Positions 15,696 through 18,943 of a DNA stretch of 18,943 nucleotides are shown one piece after another; the first letter of the stretch is position 1, and every line of letters starts with the position of its first letter. Below the pieces are notes generated by a model that saw only the letters and a program-made list of their open reading frames with translations, was not told the DNA's origin and did not search any database. Source of the DNA: Deferrisomatales bacterium (GTDB lineage: Bacteria > Desulfobacterota > Deferrisomatia > Deferrisomatales > JACRMM01); NCBI GenBank assembly GCA_033551855.1, contig JAWSUI010000064.1:1-18943 (forward strand), read 5' to 3'. The position numbers were made by a program, and so were the translations under genes.

Positions 15696-17996
15696 GTGAC
15701 GCTCACCGAGGTCGACTTTCGCATCAATCCGACGGTCTACGAGTGGACCGGCCGGACCATCTCCCTCCTCCGCAAGGTCCTCAAGATCAACGTCAAGCTC
15801 CACCACGCCCGGGGGCAGCTCGAGGCCGGCGAGATCTTCCTCTTCAACCACTTTGCCCGCTTCGAGACCTTCATCCCCCAGTACCTCATCTACCGGGAGA
15901 CCGGGGCCCTCAGCCGGTCGGTGGGGAGCGCGGAGCTCTTCCAGGGCAACGAGACCTTCACCCGCTTTCTCCTGAGCCTGGGGGGGGTCCCGAACGACTA
16001 TCCTTCGCTGCTCCCGTTTCTGGCCGCCGAGGTCCTGCGGGGCCGGAAGGTGATCCTCTTCCCGGAAGGGGGGATGGTGAAGGACCGTCGGGTCCTGGAC
16101 CGGCGGGGCCGGTACAGCATCTACTCCCGGTCCGCCCAGGAGCGGCGAAAGCACCACACCGGGGCCGCCGTCGTGGCCCAGGCGGTGGAAGCGTTCCGGC
16201 GGGCGGTGCGACGGGCCGCCGAGGCGGGTCACGAGGACCAGGTGGCCCACTGGGCCGAGGGGCTGGGTCTCGACGGGCCCGACGCCCTCCTGGAAGCCGC
16301 CCGGCGCCCCACGGTGATCGTGCCGGCCAATATCACCTTCTACCCGATCCGCATCGAGGCGAGCTGGCTGCAGCGAGGCGCCGAGCTCTTCTCCCGGGGG
16401 TTGGAGCCCCGGTTCGCGGAGGAGCTCCTCATCGAAGGCAACCTCCTGCTGCGCCACACGGACATGGACATCCGCCTGGGGGAGCCGGTGAGCCCGGCGG
16501 ATTTCTGGGGCCGGGGCGAGCGGTGGCTCGTCCAACGCGTCGCGGACAAGGTGGGGACCCTCGAAGGTTTCCTCTCCTCCCGCACCGAGACCTCCCGCTG
16601 GGAGGAGCGGCTCTGGAACCACCGGGCGCGGCGCCGTGCCCTGCGGGTGCGCGACGCCTACATGGAGGAGATGTACCGGGGCCTCACGGTGAACCTGAGC
16701 CACCTCGCGTCGCACCTTCTCTTCGCCCAGGTTGAGCGCGGGGTGTTGGCCGTGGGGGCGACGGAGCTCCGTCGTACCCTGTACCTGGCGGTGAAGCGGG
16801 TGCAGCAGGAGACCGGCGTGCACCTGCACCGCAGCCTCCGCAACCCCCAGGCCTACGCGGGCCTGCTCCGGGGGGAGTGCCCGGGCCTGGACCAGCTTCT
16901 GGCCACGGCGGAAGGCCTGGGGCTGGTCACCAGGGTGGACGACTGGTACCGCCTGGCTCCGCAACTTCGGGAGGAGCACGACTTCGACCACGTGCGCCTG
17001 GGCAACCCCCTGGCCGTGTACGCCAACGAGCTCGCCCCCCTCGCCGGGGCCGTCCGGGGGGTGAACCGGGCCCTGGAGGAGGCCCCCGGCCTCTCGGGTC
17101 GTGCCCTCGCCCTGCTCCGGTTCGACGACGAGGTCCGGTCCTACCGCTGGGATCGGAGGGCCTTCCGCAAACCCCGACACGAGGCGATCAACCGGGAGGA
17201 GACGGCCACCCGCAGCGGCGAGCCGTTTCTCTTCCTGCCGAAGCGCCCCCATCGGCTCGGGGTGCTCCTGGTCCACGGGTTCACCGCGAGCCCGGCGGAA
17301 GTGCTCCCCCTCGGGGAGCGCCTGCGGGATCACCGGTTCCCGACCCTCGGGGTTCGCCTCCAGGGTCACGGCACCTCCCCCTGGGACCTGCTGGAGCGCA
17401 GCTGGGAGGACTGGCTCGCGTCGGTGCGGCGCGGGTACGAGATCCTCTCTGCCTTCAGCGAGCGTGTCTGCCTGGTGGGGTTTTCGGCGGGAGGCGCCCT
17501 TGCCCTGCGGCTGGCGGCCGAGTCTCCGCCGGGTTTGGCCGGCGTCGCCGCCGTGGCCCCGCCCCTGAAGGTCCGGGACAAGGCCATGATGCTCGTCCCC
17601 TGGGTCCACGGTGCCAACCGCCTCGCGAAGTCCACCTCGCTGGTCCGGGGGGTCATGCTCTTTTCGAAGGGGCACCCGGAGCACCCCGAGGTCAACTACC
17701 AACACATGCCCATCCGGGCCCTGTACGAGCTGAGCCTCCTGATGGCCGACGTCGAGGAGCACCTGGGCCGGGTCCGCTGTCCGGTCCTCCTGGTCCAGGG
17801 CACCGGAGATCCTACCGTGGATCCGAAGAGCGCGGAAATCATCTTGGACGGTCTGGGGAGCGTCCGGAAGGAGTTGGTGGAGGTCCCCTCGAACCGCCAC
17901 GGTCTGCTCTACGAGGACGTGGGGGGCACCCAAGGGAGGGTGTTGGAGTTCGTGGCGGGATTGGAGCCCGGTTCCTGCGAGCCCGACAGTCCGTAA
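15696..17996 (+). CDS. Fusion of a PlsB/PlsC-like acyltransferase domain and a C-terminal alpha/beta hydrolase (carboxylesterase/monoacylglycerol lipase-like) (766 aa)
   Basis: N-terminal motifs FNHFARFE, ILFPEGG and IVPANITF. C-terminal motifs LVHGFTASP, GHGT, GFSAGG (Ser), QGTGDPTV (Asp) and RHGL (His). Confidence 0.75.
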   Translation: MTLTEVDFRINPTVYEWTGRTISLLRKVLKINVKLHHARGQLEAGEIFLFNHFARFETFIPQYLIYRETGALSRSVGSAELFQGNETFTRFLLSLGGVPNDYPSLLPFLAAEVLRGRKVILFPEGGMVKDRRVLDRRGRYSIYSRSAQERRKHHTGAAVVAQAVEAFRRAVRRAAEAGHEDQVAHWAEGLGLDGPDALLEAARRPTVIVPANITFYPIRIEASWLQRGAELFSRGLEPRFAEELLIEGNLLLRHTDMDIRLGEPVSPADFWGRGERWLVQRVADKVGTLEGFLSSRTETSRWEERLWNHRARRRALRVRDAYMEEMYRGLTVNLSHLASHLLFAQVERGVLAVGATELRRTLYLAVKRVQQETGVHLHRSLRNPQAYAGLLRGECPGLDQLLATAEGLGLVTRVDDWYRLAPQLREEHDFDHVRLGNPLAVYANELAPLAGAVRGVNRALEEAPGLSGRALALLRFDDEVRSYRWDRRAFRKPRHEAINREETATRSGEPFLFLPKRPHRLGVLLVHGFTASPAEVLPLGERLRDHRFPTLGVRLQGHGTSPWDLLERSWEDWLASVRRGYEILSAFSERVCLVGFSAGGALALRLAAESPPGLAGVAAVAPPLKVRDKAMMLVPWVHGANRLAKSTSLVRGVMLFSKGHPEHPEVNYQHMPIRALYELSLLMADVEEHLGRVRCPVLLVQGTGDPTVDPKSAEIILDGLGSVRKELVEVPSNRHGLLYEDVGGTQGRVLEFVAGLEPGSCEPDSP

Positions 17997-18008
17997 GGGT
18001 TGCCCGGG

Positions 18009-18431
18009 TTACACGTCGAAGAGCACCCGCGCCCTCCAGGGGCCCCCCTCGGCCTCCGGGCCGAAGGCAAGGTCGTGGTAGGTGGCGGCCTTGACCTCCA
18101 GGTCGAAGGGGTGCCGGGCCGGGTCGCGCGGCTCGCCCCAGGCGCGGAGGCGGATCCGGGTCGGCGTCACCTCCAGGGCTTCGCAGCGGCGAAACACCCA
18201 GCCCCGCACGTTGAGCCAGTAGAGGAGCTCCCCGAGGGCGGAGACCAGGGTCTCGGCGGGGTCGAGGCCTTCCGCCTCGAGGAGGACGCCCTCCCGAGGC
18301 TCTACCGCGTCCGGGTCGGTGACGTGGGCCAGGAGCCCGCAGCAGAGCTCCTCCAGGGCGCCCTCCGGCGTGGGCGCCGACGCCTCGAGCTCCAGGTCTG
18401 CGGTGTGGTCCAGGGCGCGCCAGGGGGCCAT
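18009..18431 (-). CDS. Archease (RtcB-activating SHS2 protein) (140 aa)
   Basis: N-terminal LDHTADL and C-terminal EVKAATYH...ARVLFDV, both archease signatures. Confidence 0.9.
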   Translation of the reverse strand: MAPWRALDHTADLELEASAPTPEGALEELCCGLLAHVTDPDAVEPREGVLLEAEGLDPAETLVSALGELLYWLNVRGWVFRRCEALEVTPTRIRLRAWGEPRDPARHPFDLEVKAATYHDLAFGPEAEGGPWRARVLFDV

Positions 18432-18437
18432 GGGGCG

Positions 18438-18466
18438 AGGATATCCCGGGGTCGACCGGCGGTAAA
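18438..18466 (-). promoter_or_regulatory. Putative sigma70 promoter giving a leaderless archease mRNA
   Basis: TTTACC (18466-18461)-N17-TATCCT (18443-18438)-N6-ATG (18431). No Shine-Dalgarno sequence is present. Confidence 0.5.
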
Positions 18467-18562
18467 GCCGGCCCCCTCCAGGCGTGACCCGCGACCGGGG
18501 GGCGAGGTCCGGAAACCCTCACGCTGCGCCGAGCCCGGCGCTATTGACAGGTTCTTCCGGCA

Positions 18563-18721
18563 GACGACCGGGTGGGCCCGCCCACTCCGGCAGACGAGGC
18601 CGGGCTGCACGGCAGGTGTTCTCACCCGCCGCGTCCGGAATTGTCGCGGCGTCGCGACTCCCGAGAGGGCTGCTCACGTCGAGCGGCCGTCTGCCTACGT
18701 GGTCGGGCCCACCCGATCGTC
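18563..18721. other. Long imperfect inverted repeat enclosing internal hairpins (candidate structured RNA or MITE-like element)
   Basis: 18563-18580 pairs with 18704-18721 (17/18), 18582-18585 with 18699-18702, 18589-18596 with 18688-18695, and 18599-18602 with 18684-18687. Internal hairpins at 18611-18630 and 18643-18658. Confidence 0.55.
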
Positions 18722-18808
18722 CCTGGCCACGAGTACCCGGTCACTTCTCGGATGATCCGGTTGACAGGACCCGACGCGGGGGTGCCGGCGGCAGAGGGGG
18801 GAGAAGAA

Positions 18809-18879
18809 CCACCGGGGGAGCGCTGCGGTCGGGGTGCCGGGGGCAGTCGAGCTCCGCGGCCGCCGGCGCTCCCCGGTGG
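18809..18879. repeat. Second long imperfect hairpin
   Basis: CCACCGGGGGAGCGC (18809-18823) pairs with GCGCTCCCCGGTGG (18866-18879) with one bulged G. It is extended by GCGGTCG (18825-18831) / CGGCCGC (18857-18863). Confidence 0.5.
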
Positions 18880-18943
18880 GGGATTCGGTGTCCGGTCTTC
18901 TTCAGCCACTCTATCTATGGCGGCGGCGGTCCTGGTGTTTTCA

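Noticed and set aside
18504..18520. GAGGTCCGGAAACCCTC resembling the SRP RNA helix 8 motif
   Set aside because: The conserved GGAAGCAGC partner strand and the long SRP stem are absent.
18544..18768. The two TTGACA hexamers as sigma70 -35 boxes, or the repeats as a CRISPR array
   Set aside because: There is no -10-like hexamer at 16-18 bp from either, and only two short copies exist without regular spacers or cas genes.
18622..18943. Minus-strand frame open from the window edge to 18622 (95-aa ORF in the track)
   Set aside because: Low-complexity Pro/Gly/Arg sequence with no motif that overlaps the inverted repeats. It cannot be fully excluded as the tail of a gene entering from outside the window.

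Overview
GC-rich bacterial chromosomal window with no transposase, rRNA, tRNA or CRISPR array seen. Gene content and GC suggest a Desulfobacterota/Deferrisoma-like organism (inference only). Left to right: a REP-like hairpin; a small, probably leaderless hypothetical gene (-); a eukaryote-type UDP-glucose pyrophosphorylase (+); a GAF-degenerate GGDEF-GAF-HD-GYP protein with a sigma54-type promoter (-); and a class III polyhydroxyalkanoate (PHA) cluster. In that cluster phaJ (+) converges on phaC, phaE, an unknown coiled-coil gene, phaR and an upstream ftsH (all -). Next comes a + strand run: alaC-type aminotransferase, hom, ApgM-family mutase, YbgC-like thioesterase, and an acyltransferase/alpha-beta-hydrolase fusion. 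The window ends with an archease gene (-) and a heavily base-paired, apparently non-coding region. The best candidates for undescribed biology are three. First, the unknown 156-aa gene that heads the phaEC unit behind a PhaR-type box, a candidate new granule protein. Second, a ~160-nt rod/multibranch inverted-repeat element plus a second long hairpin upstream of archease. Third, the HxxxxE acyltransferase-lipase fusion. All calls come from motif reading; no database search was run.
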